Translations under genes and position numbers: made by a program
NCBI GenBank assembly: GCA_964443295.1
Contig: CAYUCH010000004.1
Span: 1 to 57,734, forward strand
Source of the DNA: an uncultured Desulfobulbia bacterium
Lineage (GTDB): Bacteria; Desulfobacterota; Desulfobulbia; Desulfobulbales; CG2-30-60-27
Reading direction: 5' to 3'
Length of the DNA: 57,734 nucleotides
Notes under the pieces: generated by a model
Database searches by the model: none
What the model saw: only the letters and a program-made list of their open reading frames with translations
Told to the model about the DNA's origin: nothing
Part shown: piece after piece, positions 1 through 9,558 of the stretch
Layout of the letters: each line of letters begins with the position of its first letter
Position numbering within the stretch: position 1 is the stretch's first letter

Positions 1-52
1 TTGGAACAACATTTTCACTTAACGACCTGTCCGAATTTTCCCGACCAGCTCT
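1..52 (-). mobile_element. Possible terminal inverted repeat of an IS element (family not assignable), running off the window edge
   Basis: Minus strand reads AGAGCTGGTCGGGAAAATTCGGACAGGTCGTTAAGT, which resembles IS3/IS256-type ends. The LRR ORF abruptly loses its repeat consensus here (…ILDISP|QSWSGKFGQVVK*). Confidence 0.35.
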
Positions 53-1777
53 GAGGACTGATATCAAGAATCCTATTGCCCCCCAATTCCAATCGATCCA
101 AGTTAAGGTCGGTTAGAGGGCTGATATCGCTAAGCAAATTACTGGAGAGATCTACTTCGCTAAGATTAACCAGATATTCCACCCCAATTATACTCAATAT
201 TTCACTGTCTGAACAACGGAGAGTGGTAATTTCATCAGCCCAGGTATAACCGGTACTTTTGACACAACTTTCAAAAAAATCATCTTCAAAGGGTATAAAC
301 AATAGTGCCAACCCACCCTCCTCATCACAAGAACTTCGTTCTATAACACCATCGCCCAAAATGGTTTGAAGTGCATCAAGATCTGAGCAGTGGATTTTCT
401 CGTTGTCTCGAAGATCTAAACTGAGAAGATTGAGTAAATGATCCAGGCCGCTTACATTGATAATATCTCGGTTCGAGCAATCAAGCTCAAGTACTTCATG
501 GGCCCATGTGTAGTCATAACTATTGACACAGGCGGCCAAATTTTCATCATCAAAATTTATATTTGATACAGCCAAACGTTCTGCAAAACAGCTCTTTCCA
601 AACCAGACCCCATCAGCCGCTTGACATTCTTCTATAGTCAGACAGTTGGCTAAATGAGACGAATCACATACCTCCTGCGACTCAGGAGCAGTGCAGTAAA
701 GATACGGTAGCCGCATTGTGACCCCTTCTACAAACATAGCTGCTATAAAATCAAGATCTGAACAGAGAATATCCCAGTTATTTGTAAGATCCAAAAAAGT
801 AAGATTCGTGAGGTTTAATAAGGAACTTATGTCACTTATTTTGCAATAGCTGAGATCTAATTCCGCAAGACTAGTTAGACTTGACAATGCTCTTATATCA
901 CTGAGCTTTATGTTTTCTTTTAAATTTAAAATGGTGATATTTTTCAGGTTAGCCAGCGGACTTATATCCCCGACATAATGACAGTAAGACAGGTCCAATA
1001 CTTCAAGATTTGTCAGGTTCGCCAAAACTTGCAAATCACTAATGCTACTATATTTGAGATTGAGATAAGAAAGATGAGTCAAGTTGATCAATGAACCAAT
1101 GTCGCTGATCCTTCCGCCTCCTCTATGGGGATCAGGTTGTGTGCCAAGATCTAAAAAGGTTAAATTTGTGAGATTGGCCAAGGAACTGACATCATTGATG
1201 GGATTTTGGTGAAGGTTTAATACGGTGAGGTTCACAAGGTTGGCCAATGGGCCTATATCGTTGATATTGTTGGCGTAGAGTTTTAATTTGGAAAGATATG
1301 TAAGATTGGCCAGGGCGCTTATCTCACTGATATTATTATAGGAAAGATCTAAGTTTTCGAGATTAGTCAGTTGCTCAACACCACTTATGTTTTCAATATT
1401 CTTTTCAGAGCACGTAAGTGAGGCCACTTCATCAATCCAGGAAAAACCGGATTCATTGACACAAGCGGCTAAATTATCGTCAGGGAAAATTATATATGAT
1501 AGTGAAATGCGTTCTGCATTACAGGCACCATGATACCAGAAACCGTCGGCCTCTGTGCAATCCTGGAGTGTCACACAGAGATCCAAATGACCTGAATTAC
1601 ATTGTTCAGGCTGCTCCATCGTATTACAACTATCATCATACCAGTAACCACCAGCACCTGTGCAATCTTCCTCACCAACACACAGATCTAAATAATCCGT
1701 ACTACAGGTTGGTTCTTGCTACAACCGGACAAAATTATCAGAAAGGTAAAAAGGAAGACGAAAATAGGGGGAGACAT
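15..1777 (-). pseudogene. Internalin-like LRR lipoprotein with Cys-rich repeats; frameshifted just after the lipobox and apparently truncated at the 3' end
   Basis: ORF 15..1619 has 22-aa LxxLxxLxxLxLxxNxIxDIxx repeats and Cys-rich repeats (C…HLDLC…C…G.W…C). Its frame stays open upstream to a TAG at 1719-1721. A different frame from ATG 1777 encodes MSPPIFVFLFTFLIILSGC (lipobox). Confidence 0.7.
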
Positions 1778-1892
1778 ATTAAAACCGCAAACGATTTCGG
1801 AGTTGATTCAAATTTATTGCTACACGCATTCATGCTTCTTGTCAAAATACCCCACAATTAGCCCAATCACAAGAGTGACCTTCATCCCCTGG

Positions 1893-1941
1893 CAAAAAAG
1901 ACCCGCAAAACGCTTTACTTTCCCTTAGGCTTTGCGAGCCC
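1893..1941 (-). terminator. Intrinsic terminator-like hairpin (copy 1 of 2)
   Basis: Minus strand GGCTCGCAAAGC…GCGTTTTGCGGGTC followed by TTTTTT; near-identical to 3310-3359. Confidence 0.6.
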
Positions 1942-1963
1942 TTTTCCCTTTTTGTAAAAAGGC

Positions 1964-2080
1964 TTAATAGTTCACGATTTCTCCTGTATAGACCATCTCG
2001 ATAACGAAATCAGAATGACCGGCCGAACAGAACCGCATTGGATAGTATTCAGGGTGACTGAGATGGCATGATTGGTAGGT
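1964..2080 (-). pseudogene. Internally deleted relic of the C-terminal domain of the 1967-aa protein
   Basis: Translates as NHAISVTLNTIQCGSVRP / HSDF..EMVYTGEIVNY*, versus NHALRVTLNTIQRGYIRPASHSD…SDFEAVYTGEVVDY* in 3382..9285. Confidence 0.8.
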
Positions 2081-2084
2081 TCAT

Positions 2085-3293
2085 TTAGTGTGCCAGTTGA
2101 TTAATCAGCAATTGCCCCCATGAGGTTGGTACTAGATTCATCCCAATACCACAATTATCTCCGCTTGATTGAAGCAAATTAGGAGGACAAGCACTGTGAA
2201 ATGTCCACGCCAAATAGGGCACGTCGAGTGATTCCGCCAAGTCCATCATAGTTGCGCAATCTTCCAGGGTCATATTGGCTATTTCTGTAACCGGTCCAAA
2301 TTCGCCGATAATCACTGGAATTGTTGCTGACGGTTCAACAAATCTTGCCTGAAATTCACTGGAAGGATCATAAACATGGGTTTCATACACTATATTTTTT
2401 CCATCTCCGGCAATGATCGGATTATCGACATAATACTGTAAAAACCGTGCCCAACCACCTGTTCCTTGCACAGCAATCAAATGATTTGGGCTGGATAAAT
2501 CTTCTTCAACCTGACGAATAGCAGCAACTGTATTATTCATTGCCGCCCAGACGGCAGAATCATCAGAACCATCATAATTATATTTGGGTTCATTTACCAA
2601 ACCATACAAGACATGACTATCATCGGCAAAAGTTTCAGCAAGCAATTCCCAAATCGTAATTGTTTGTTCGGTGGGCCAACCCATATCTGTAACTGATTCA
2701 TCAACCCATAAAGTTATCATCACGAATACACCTGGCTTAGTTGCTATATGGTCAACAATGTCCTTAATATCTCCAAGGTATTGTTCATCATCAAGGACAT
2801 TTTGCCACTGGGTCATCCACGATTCACGGGGATAATTTTCAAGATCAAATCTTAGAAAATCAACGCCCCAAACATCCACTGCTTCGTCGATTCGCCTTTT
2901 TACTTCATCAACATTTGGTTCCCAGGCCGCACATCCCCAACAGGAACGAGTATCGTGAATATTAACCCCACGGCCAGCCCAAATGCGCCCCTCACCAGTA
3001 TAGATCTTATTTTCTGAAGTATACAGCCAACCACTTAGGTCTGAACCCGAATCTGTATCGTTCCCGGTATCTGTATCATTACCGTTATCAATGTCAGTAT
3101 CAATTTCACAAAAGACAAACACCTCACAGTCCTGATCCTGGCAATCCACCTGACCATCACCATCGTTATCCATATTATCGCTACATGTTTCACCAGTGTT
3201 TTCCAGTTCACTTTGATTTGAGTTTTTCGAGTCATTTGTACAACCGAATATCAAAAAAAGTGTAACCAAAATCACACCATATATTTTTTTCAT
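2085..3293 (-). CDS. Glycoside hydrolase family 5 (cellulase-family) lipoprotein
   Basis: Lipobox IFGC; CxDxxDNDGDGxxDCxDxDC Ca-binding motif; DT-rich linker; GH5 motifs RGVN, LVNEP (acid/base), ETHVY and IIGEFG (nucleophile). Confidence 0.85.
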   Translation of the reverse strand: MKKIYGVILVTLFLIFGCTNDSKNSNQSELENTGETCSDNMDNDGDGQVDCQDQDCEVFVFCEIDTDIDNGNDTDTGNDTDSGSDLSGWLYTSENKIYTGEGRIWAGRGVNIHDTRSCWGCAAWEPNVDEVKRRIDEAVDVWGVDFLRFDLENYPRESWMTQWQNVLDDEQYLGDIKDIVDHIATKPGVFVMITLWVDESVTDMGWPTEQTITIWELLAETFADDSHVLYGLVNEPKYNYDGSDDSAVWAAMNNTVAAIRQVEEDLSSPNHLIAVQGTGGWARFLQYYVDNPIIAGDGKNIVYETHVYDPSSEFQARFVEPSATIPVIIGEFGPVTEIANMTLEDCATMMDLAESLDVPYLAWTFHSACPPNLLQSSGDNCGIGMNLVPTSWGQLLINQLAH

Positions 3294-3309
3294 AACTATC
3301 CCTTACCAA

Positions 3310-3359
3310 CAAAAAAGGGCCCGCAAAACGCTTTACTTCCCCCTTGGCTTTGCGAGCCT
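3310..3359 (-). terminator. Intrinsic terminator-like hairpin (copy 2 of 2)
   Basis: Minus strand GGCTCGCAAAGC…GCGTTTTGCGGGCC followed by CTTTTTT, about 22 nt after the stop of the 1967-aa gene. Confidence 0.6.
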
Positions 3360-3381
3360 TTTCCCCTTTATGTAAGAAGAA

Positions 3382-6300
3382 TTAATAGTCCACGACTTCT
3401 CCTGTATAGACCGCTTCAAAATCCGAGGCGGTGATCTGTCGTAATTGCCGTAATTGATTATCATCCCAACGGTCATCATGGACACCGGAGACAAACATGT
3501 CGCCACCTGTATCAGCGATTACCAGGCCATATTTTTTCATGGCTCGCATGATGACCTGGATGGGCGCATCAAAGCCCGAGATGTCAAAATCAGCTTTAAG
3601 ACGAAGACGTAGCCCCATTGGAGGATAGCTGGGATCATGGCTGCCCTGACCGTCGGAATGACTGGCCGGCCTGATGTAGCCACGCTGAATGGTATTCAAG
3701 GTAACCCGGAGAGCATGGTTGATTCCCGGTTCAATTCCTTGTGGCGCATCACCAAACACCTCTTCATATCGAATAAGCCCTGGAAGAATCGCAAGCCCTG
3801 CGGCATCTGCACTGGTGACCCCTTCGGGACGTACTTCGTTCTGGTCCAAATGCCAGATAGCGCCACTACCCGCCTGCCAATTATCGTTTGAATCCTTATA
3901 TGCTGCAAAAAGTTCGTAAAGAATACAACTATCCTGCCTGATGAGGAGGATATGATTATCACCATTCAGGGTATAATTGTCTCCTCCACCTTCAATTGAT
4001 GGATTGGCAGGAATGGGATACGGTTTTGTTTGTTGGTTTAAATCAAGGGGGTCGGTTTCATCCCAGTAATTAAATTGAACATCCACAAATGGCTGGTTGT
4101 CCGGAATAATGTCAAAAGGAATACCGATATCATAGCCGTTCCATTCTGTACCAAAATCTGGGTGCACCCAGGTGTCCCCTCCAATTGACTGGACATAGGT
4201 ATCGGAAAGGGGATGAAGGTCAAGTTGGTCAATGGGAGTATTCCACATATTGTCAGCAGGAAAAATCTGACACCCACCGATACGCTGGACCTGATTATCC
4301 TGGGGTAATGCCGCTGTTGTGAATGAGGCCACTGAAGTCGTGTCCTGCAGAGTACCTGTATTCGCGGTTATCGTATAGTAATAGGTGGTTTCTGCTTCCA
4401 GACTGGTCAATGAAACAGAGTGATTTATGCCACTGGAAGTCTGGAAACTCTCCGACAAATTCCCGGAACTGGCACCATATGCCACTTCACCTGTGGCAGG
4501 TACAGAGGTCACCCAGGAAATAGTAGCTGAATCTGATGTCAAGCCGCTCACTTGCACGGCTGAAATATCCAGTTGGGGATCAGGATTTCCATCATTCAGC
4601 TGAAAGACATCCTGAGGATCTTGTCCTGCCAATCCAAGACTGAATAACTCACCGTTCACCTGGTCGCCATTGACGGTGATCCGCAGATAAGTACTCATTT
4701 TATCTGCGTACCCAGACTCACCATAGGACACAAAATCATCGCTATTAAAGGCTGTAAACCAAGCTCGGTTATGGCCATTGGTGGAAGCACCACCAGAGCC
4801 GGTGGTGATATACACCGTGCCATTTTCATCAATGCTTTCGCCGTTCAAAGGATGGGTTCTTTCATAGGCATGGTTATGGCCATTGAAGAAAATATCAACA
4901 TTATATTGCTCTAATAATGCTCTGATCTGAGCATGACCATGGGTGGCATTATGGTTATCGCTGCCTGTAATGAGAGGTGCATGGGCAGCCACAAAGATAT
5001 GCTCATACCCCTGTTGGTTGGCTTGTTGCAGTTCTGAACGAAGCCAGTCGAATTGCTCTACACTGTAACAAATACTGTTACGATACGGATCGTTGACAAG
5101 ACTCTCATCCGCACAATACGCAGCACATTCTTCCTCAGGCATATTATTGCAACTCAACATGCCGAAGTAATCATTGTTCTGCCTCAGAAAGATAAAATAG
5201 CTGTTACCAAAGGTGAAAGAGTAATAGAATTCGTTGGAGTACTCATGGGAAGAGCCATCCAGGCTGCACATGGCTTCCTGATCAAAGGGATGATTAATAA
5301 AATCAGCCGGAGTGAGCGGTGCCAAGAACTCACATATTCCTCCTCCACACGGATCGGGATACCAGCCTGAACCCCAATTATCATCATGATTACCGATGGC
5401 CATGTAAAAGGATGAAACAAGTCCAGACACAGGAGCCCTTTCTTTAATGGGCGCCAATATTTCGGCCATATTTCCATTAGGTATATCCCCATTGCAGCCG
5501 CCACCGGATATGTCTCCTGGATCTGCGGCAAAACAGGAAGTAGTGCCATATCCATCGGTGACGTCCCCTGTGGACATAAAGAATGCCGCATCATCTTCAT
5601 TGGCAGCCATCATTTGCACAATCCGGTTTACCCGGTCATTTCTCTCACACCCGCCACCGTTCAAATCACCGAAAACTACAAAGCTAAAAACCTCGCTGTG
5701 AGTTACTGGAGATGTTGTCACTTGAAGAGCATTACTTAATCCTGAAATATTTCCTGCCCCATCAAAAGCCCGCACCTGGTAACTATACGCCGTCTCAGCT
5801 GATAATCCATTGTCAACAAATGATGGTTGAGTGATTGTATCTAATTCAATCCCATCACGATAGACCGTATAACCCGTAACACCTCTATCATCAGAAGAAG
5901 GTAACCAGGCCATATCTATCTGCGAAGCCGTTACGGAAGTAGTATGTAATCCGGTCGGAATACTGGGGGACTGACTATCCCATTCTTCAGGAACAGTTAC
6001 GGTTAAAATCTCTGTAAGCGTAGACATATTACCGTCCTGATCAACGGCATACACAACATAATAGTATGTCTGACCAGGAATAATTGCATTATCCACGAAG
6101 GATGTTTCACTGGTTTCAACAATAATAGCAGGCCAAAGTCGACCAATTAAATATGTAACCTCCCCTCCATCATCAGTTGCTGCTCCCCATTGTAATGTAA
6201 TCTCAGTAGGACCAGTCACAGTTAGATTTGGTGATTCTGGAGGAGAAGGAATAAAACTCTCTTGTGGTTCCAAGGCCAGGAACCCCACTACTTCAGTTGT

Positions 6301-9285
6301 GTGAGACACCTCGTCATCCTTAGATTTTTCCTCATCGATTTTGACCTGAACTCCACCAGTGTAGTGATTTGTGATGCGCAAGGAGGAGGTGTCACCACCA
6401 TTTGTTGTTTGAATATCTGCTACAAAAAAAGGTTTTCTATTGAATCTTCCATTAAAACTTATCCGATAAAAATGGTGGTTCACGAGATCATCGGTTCTTC
6501 CTACTGTATAGGCCATATCATCAATGGTCCCTGTAGAGGGTTCCCAGGCAATATAAGAAACCTCCTCTTGACCATGAGATCTAACATTTGCCTCTTGCTC
6601 TTGAAGTTTGAACTTAAAGCCACCATTGTTTACGCCCCACATCCTTCCGCTGGCGGCATCTTCTTCATTGACTGTTGTAAGTGAAGCAAAGACAACAGGT
6701 TCTTTTGGGAACGACCCAGAAAAACTCACACCTGCAACATTCCACCCCATATCATTTGTGAAAAATGATCCAGCTTCAACATGACTGCCATCTGCTAATT
6801 GGAAATGCCCCCTCTCCATAACAAGATAACTTACCTGCTCTTGGTCATGAATATCATCGAGGTAATCCCATTCTTGAAAACGTACACTGAAACCGGTAGC
6901 GTCGACATCACGAATCCGAATAACTCCATGTTCAGAATCCTTTGAACTTGCAGGCTTTGCCACCACTATGGGATCAACAAATGAGTTTTTAATTTGAACT
7001 CGTTTCCACTCATGGGTAATCCCTATCACATCACTTTCAAACTGAAATTGTGGAATGAATTCATCAAGGGCTCTCACAAGGCATTCATCAGAATGAGTCA
7101 AGCCTGTATCATCTTCAACTGTAAGTTTAAATGTTAACTCTTGATCTCCCCCACTCCATTCAGGCATTACAAAACTGGCTTGAACCGAGTCTACATCAAG
7201 AACTGCTACTTCGGGACCTGTCAATTGCTCCCAGAAATAACTTTCAATATCACCATCTTGATCCAGTGAACCGGAGCCATCCAAAGTGACGACCTCACCG
7301 GGTTCAACCATTTGGTCCTCCCCTGCATTTGCCGTTGGCGGCAAGTTGTCAATCGCCCTTGCTTCATAGGTAATTTCAAGATAAGTACGACTTCCATTGT
7401 TGTACTCGCTTGCTTTAAGCCCGATGGAGGTGTGCGAATCATTAACAAGAATAAGACCATTGTTTTCATTCGTTCCATCACTCCACTCTTGCACCAGAGA
7501 GGTAATATCAATTTCAGGATAAAATGCGTGGTCTACACCCTGAATGATTTCACTTTGACCAACTGGAGTTGAATCAAAATCACCACCTGGCACTGACCAG
7601 GGCCCGCAGGAACAGGGGCTATTCCACGTCACCTCACCCTCTTCCCAATGGGTAGTTACTTGGTAGAGATCGAGATACTGTCCCAACTGCCAGTTTTGCT
7701 GATGCCAACCATAAAATGCCACCTTGGCGTCAATAATTTTCTTATCCATCAACTCGGGTGGAAGGTTAAATTTCATCAAATATCGATCTATTTCGCCTTG
7801 ATAATTACTGGCACCATAATTTTGATCAGGATTATTCTCATAAATAAAACTATCTTCTACCTGGCTCGTGTTCTCCAACCTGACAAAAAGGTCCTGTTCG
7901 GCGATGTATCGTGATGCTTGATTCGAAAAACCGGAATCGCCAAAACTATTTACAGCCTTTATCTGGTAAGAATATGTATGACCCGGAGGAAGATTAGTAT
8001 CAGTGTAAGAGGTAGTGTCCGCGCCTAAAACCACGAGTGACACAAACTCACCAGCGTCAATGGATCGCTCGATGACATAGTTCTCCTCCTCTTGGCTGTT
8101 ATCCTGCCAATGTAGGGCAATGGAGAAATCGTTGGAGGTGGCAGTGAGGCTTGTTGGGGATTCAGGAGGTGAGGTGGAAAAAACAATTGTCACAGGATTA
8201 GATGGAAGTGCATCACAAGGGATACCCTCGCCATTATCATTGGCGTGGGCCATTATTCTATATTTATAACTACCATCACCAAGGCCGCTATCAGTAAAGG
8301 ATGTCGTGTTGGCTGGTAAAGTCTCGTAATAGTAATTCCAACCAAGGCCATCAACAAATCGTTGCACAACATAAGAATCTTCCCCCGATATATCGGACCA
8401 GGAAAGAACAATCTCACCAACCTCTGCATCACCAGTGGCCGCAAGGTCGGTTACCCCATCAATGCATGATTCCCTTGCCACAAGTTTGGTAAGAAGATAC
8501 CAGAGTGCTGCTCCTTTTCGGTCACAGTTCAATGATCGGGAGTGGGAGCATGAAACATTGGAGCAAACTCCTGGATTAGCAGCGCACCACTCATCTGCCC
8601 AGTTGCCACCATTATAATTACAGCTATCATCAGCCCCACGATCCAAGAAATATTCCCCATCAGGATCGTAGCTTTCAATATCGGCAAAATCGAAAAGAAT
8701 TTTATCATAAGTAAGACAGTATTGCCGAATCTGTTCATTGCGTAGGTGGAGATTGCCTGATTCCCCTGATCCGTCAAGATGACCAGTCATATAAACAAAA
8801 GTCACCTCGGGAAAATCGATTTCCAGTTCATTCATTAAAGAGAGATAGGTGTCAATGTCAGACTCACTTGCCCCGGAAACCTGGCCACACCATGACCACA
8901 TTACCAGGTTCCGATCATTATCAGGCACGTTAAGCATTTCCCTTGTCCGAGCAGCCCATTCAGTCCTGTTTGGATTGCCTAAATCACCATATGGATAACC
9001 ATCTTGGATGGAAAGGGCTCCATCCCGAATTGAACCATTGGTTGTGTAATCATAAAGATCGGAATCATGCCCACGCATTACTGACAATCCACTGATCAAT
9101 TGGCTGCCGTGGGAGGTGTGTCCATAGCTGATACGAAATTCCGTTTTGACCTGTTCAACTAATGATGGTGAGATATCTTCTGGATCAAAGGAATGATCCA
9201 CTATTAATGGATCTGCATTGGCAATGTTAATAGCAAAAATTGCAAACATAAGGCAGACTAAAACTGCAATTTCTGATCTTTTCAT
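3382..9285 (-). CDS. Giant secreted multi-domain protein: putative SGNH-like N-domain, FN3 x2, DNRLRE/CBM96-like, PKD-like, 3 H-type-lectin-like repeats, FN3 x2, metallophosphoesterase, FN3, uncharacterised C-domain
   Basis: Signal peptide (…AINIANA-D); FN3 motifs (LxW…YxY.V.A.N/D..G); EDSFIYE..PD.NYG…W.EGEVTWN…DITSLVQEW; PTANAGEDQ…LDGS.S; phosphoesterase motifs FGD, GD, GNHD, AHAP, GHNHAYER. Confidence 0.85.
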   Translation of the reverse strand: MKRSEIAVLVCLMFAIFAINIANADPLIVDHSFDPEDISPSLVEQVKTEFRISYGHTSHGSQLISGLSVMRGHDSDLYDYTTNGSIRDGALSIQDGYPYGDLGNPNRTEWAARTREMLNVPDNDRNLVMWSWCGQVSGASESDIDTYLSLMNELEIDFPEVTFVYMTGHLDGSGESGNLHLRNEQIRQYCLTYDKILFDFADIESYDPDGEYFLDRGADDSCNYNGGNWADEWCAANPGVCSNVSCSHSRSLNCDRKGAALWYLLTKLVARESCIDGVTDLAATGDAEVGEIVLSWSDISGEDSYVVQRFVDGLGWNYYYETLPANTTSFTDSGLGDGSYKYRIMAHANDNGEGIPCDALPSNPVTIVFSTSPPESPTSLTATSNDFSIALHWQDNSQEEENYVIERSIDAGEFVSLVVLGADTTSYTDTNLPPGHTYSYQIKAVNSFGDSGFSNQASRYIAEQDLFVRLENTSQVEDSFIYENNPDQNYGASNYQGEIDRYLMKFNLPPELMDKKIIDAKVAFYGWHQQNWQLGQYLDLYQVTTHWEEGEVTWNSPCSCGPWSVPGGDFDSTPVGQSEIIQGVDHAFYPEIDITSLVQEWSDGTNENNGLILVNDSHTSIGLKASEYNNGSRTYLEITYEARAIDNLPPTANAGEDQMVEPGEVVTLDGSGSLDQDGDIESYFWEQLTGPEVAVLDVDSVQASFVMPEWSGGDQELTFKLTVEDDTGLTHSDECLVRALDEFIPQFQFESDVIGITHEWKRVQIKNSFVDPIVVAKPASSKDSEHGVIRIRDVDATGFSVRFQEWDYLDDIHDQEQVSYLVMERGHFQLADGSHVEAGSFFTNDMGWNVAGVSFSGSFPKEPVVFASLTTVNEEDAASGRMWGVNNGGFKFKLQEQEANVRSHGQEEVSYIAWEPSTGTIDDMAYTVGRTDDLVNHHFYRISFNGRFNRKPFFVADIQTTNGGDTSSLRITNHYTGGVQVKIDEEKSKDDEVSHTTEVVGFLALEPQESFIPSPPESPNLTVTGPTEITLQWGAATDDGGEVTYLIGRLWPAIIVETSETSFVDNAIIPGQTYYYVVYAVDQDGNMSTLTEILTVTVPEEWDSQSPSIPTGLHTTSVTASQIDMAWLPSSDDRGVTGYTVYRDGIELDTITQPSFVDNGLSAETAYSYQVRAFDGAGNISGLSNALQVTTSPVTHSEVFSFVVFGDLNGGGCERNDRVNRIVQMMAANEDDAAFFMSTGDVTDGYGTTSCFAADPGDISGGGCNGDIPNGNMAEILAPIKERAPVSGLVSSFYMAIGNHDDNWGSGWYPDPCGGGICEFLAPLTPADFINHPFDQEAMCSLDGSSHEYSNEFYYSFTFGNSYFIFLRQNNDYFGMLSCNNMPEEECAAYCADESLVNDPYRNSICYSVEQFDWLRSELQQANQQGYEHIFVAAHAPLITGSDNHNATHGHAQIRALLEQYNVDIFFNGHNHAYERTHPLNGESIDENGTVYITTGSGGASTNGHNRAWFTAFNSDDFVSYGESGYADKMSTYLRITVNGDQVNGELFSLGLAGQDPQDVFQLNDGNPDPQLDISAVQVSGLTSDSATISWVTSVPATGEVAYGASSGNLSESFQTSSGINHSVSLTSLEAETTYYYTITANTGTLQDTTSVASFTTAALPQDNQVQRIGGCQIFPADNMWNTPIDQLDLHPLSDTYVQSIGGDTWVHPDFGTEWNGYDIGIPFDIIPDNQPFVDVQFNYWDETDPLDLNQQTKPYPIPANPSIEGGGDNYTLNGDNHILLIRQDSCILYELFAAYKDSNDNWQAGSGAIWHLDQNEVRPEGVTSADAAGLAILPGLIRYEEVFGDAPQGIEPGINHALRVTLNTIQRGYIRPASHSDGQGSHDPSYPPMGLRLRLKADFDISGFDAPIQVIMRAMKKYGLVIADTGGDMFVSGVHDDRWDDNQLRQLRQITASDFEAVYTGEVVDY

Positions 9286-9349
9286 AATTAATCTCCATCG
9301 ACATATATTAATATTAGTATTTCATGAAAACATTACTAACAATTAATAA

Positions 9350-9366
9350 AGCACAAATCATGCCAA
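9350..9366 (-). promoter_or_regulatory. Sigma54 (RpoN) -24/-12 promoter for the 1967-aa gene
   Basis: Minus strand TTGGCATGATTTGTGCT with exact GG-N10-GC spacing, in an AT-rich intergenic region about 65 nt upstream of the start codon. Confidence 0.7.
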
Positions 9367-9558
9367 CAGATATTAACTACTTAAACACAAGTAACTACGA
9401 GGATTAATTACAGGATGTTAAAAAGAATGATAAGAATAGTAAAATTTTTTTATTTAATTTCTTGAACTTATTAAAGACAATTTAGAGATGAATAAACAAA
9501 CTAATCAGTAATCGACTGCCCATTACAAACAATCGACCACTGATCGTATACATTTTTC

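Noticed and set aside
39-48. TCCCGACCAG matching the tRNA-Pro 3' end as a possible distal att site
   Set aside because: Only 10 bp and inverted relative to the tRNA, so chance is likely.
1893-1960. c-di-GMP-I (GEMM) riboswitch suggested by GGAAAAGG…CGCAAAGCC, also at 3310-3370
   Set aside because: It lacks the GGCAAAC P2 stem with GNRA loop and the P3 receptor. A terminator hairpin duplicated with a gene 3' end explains it better.
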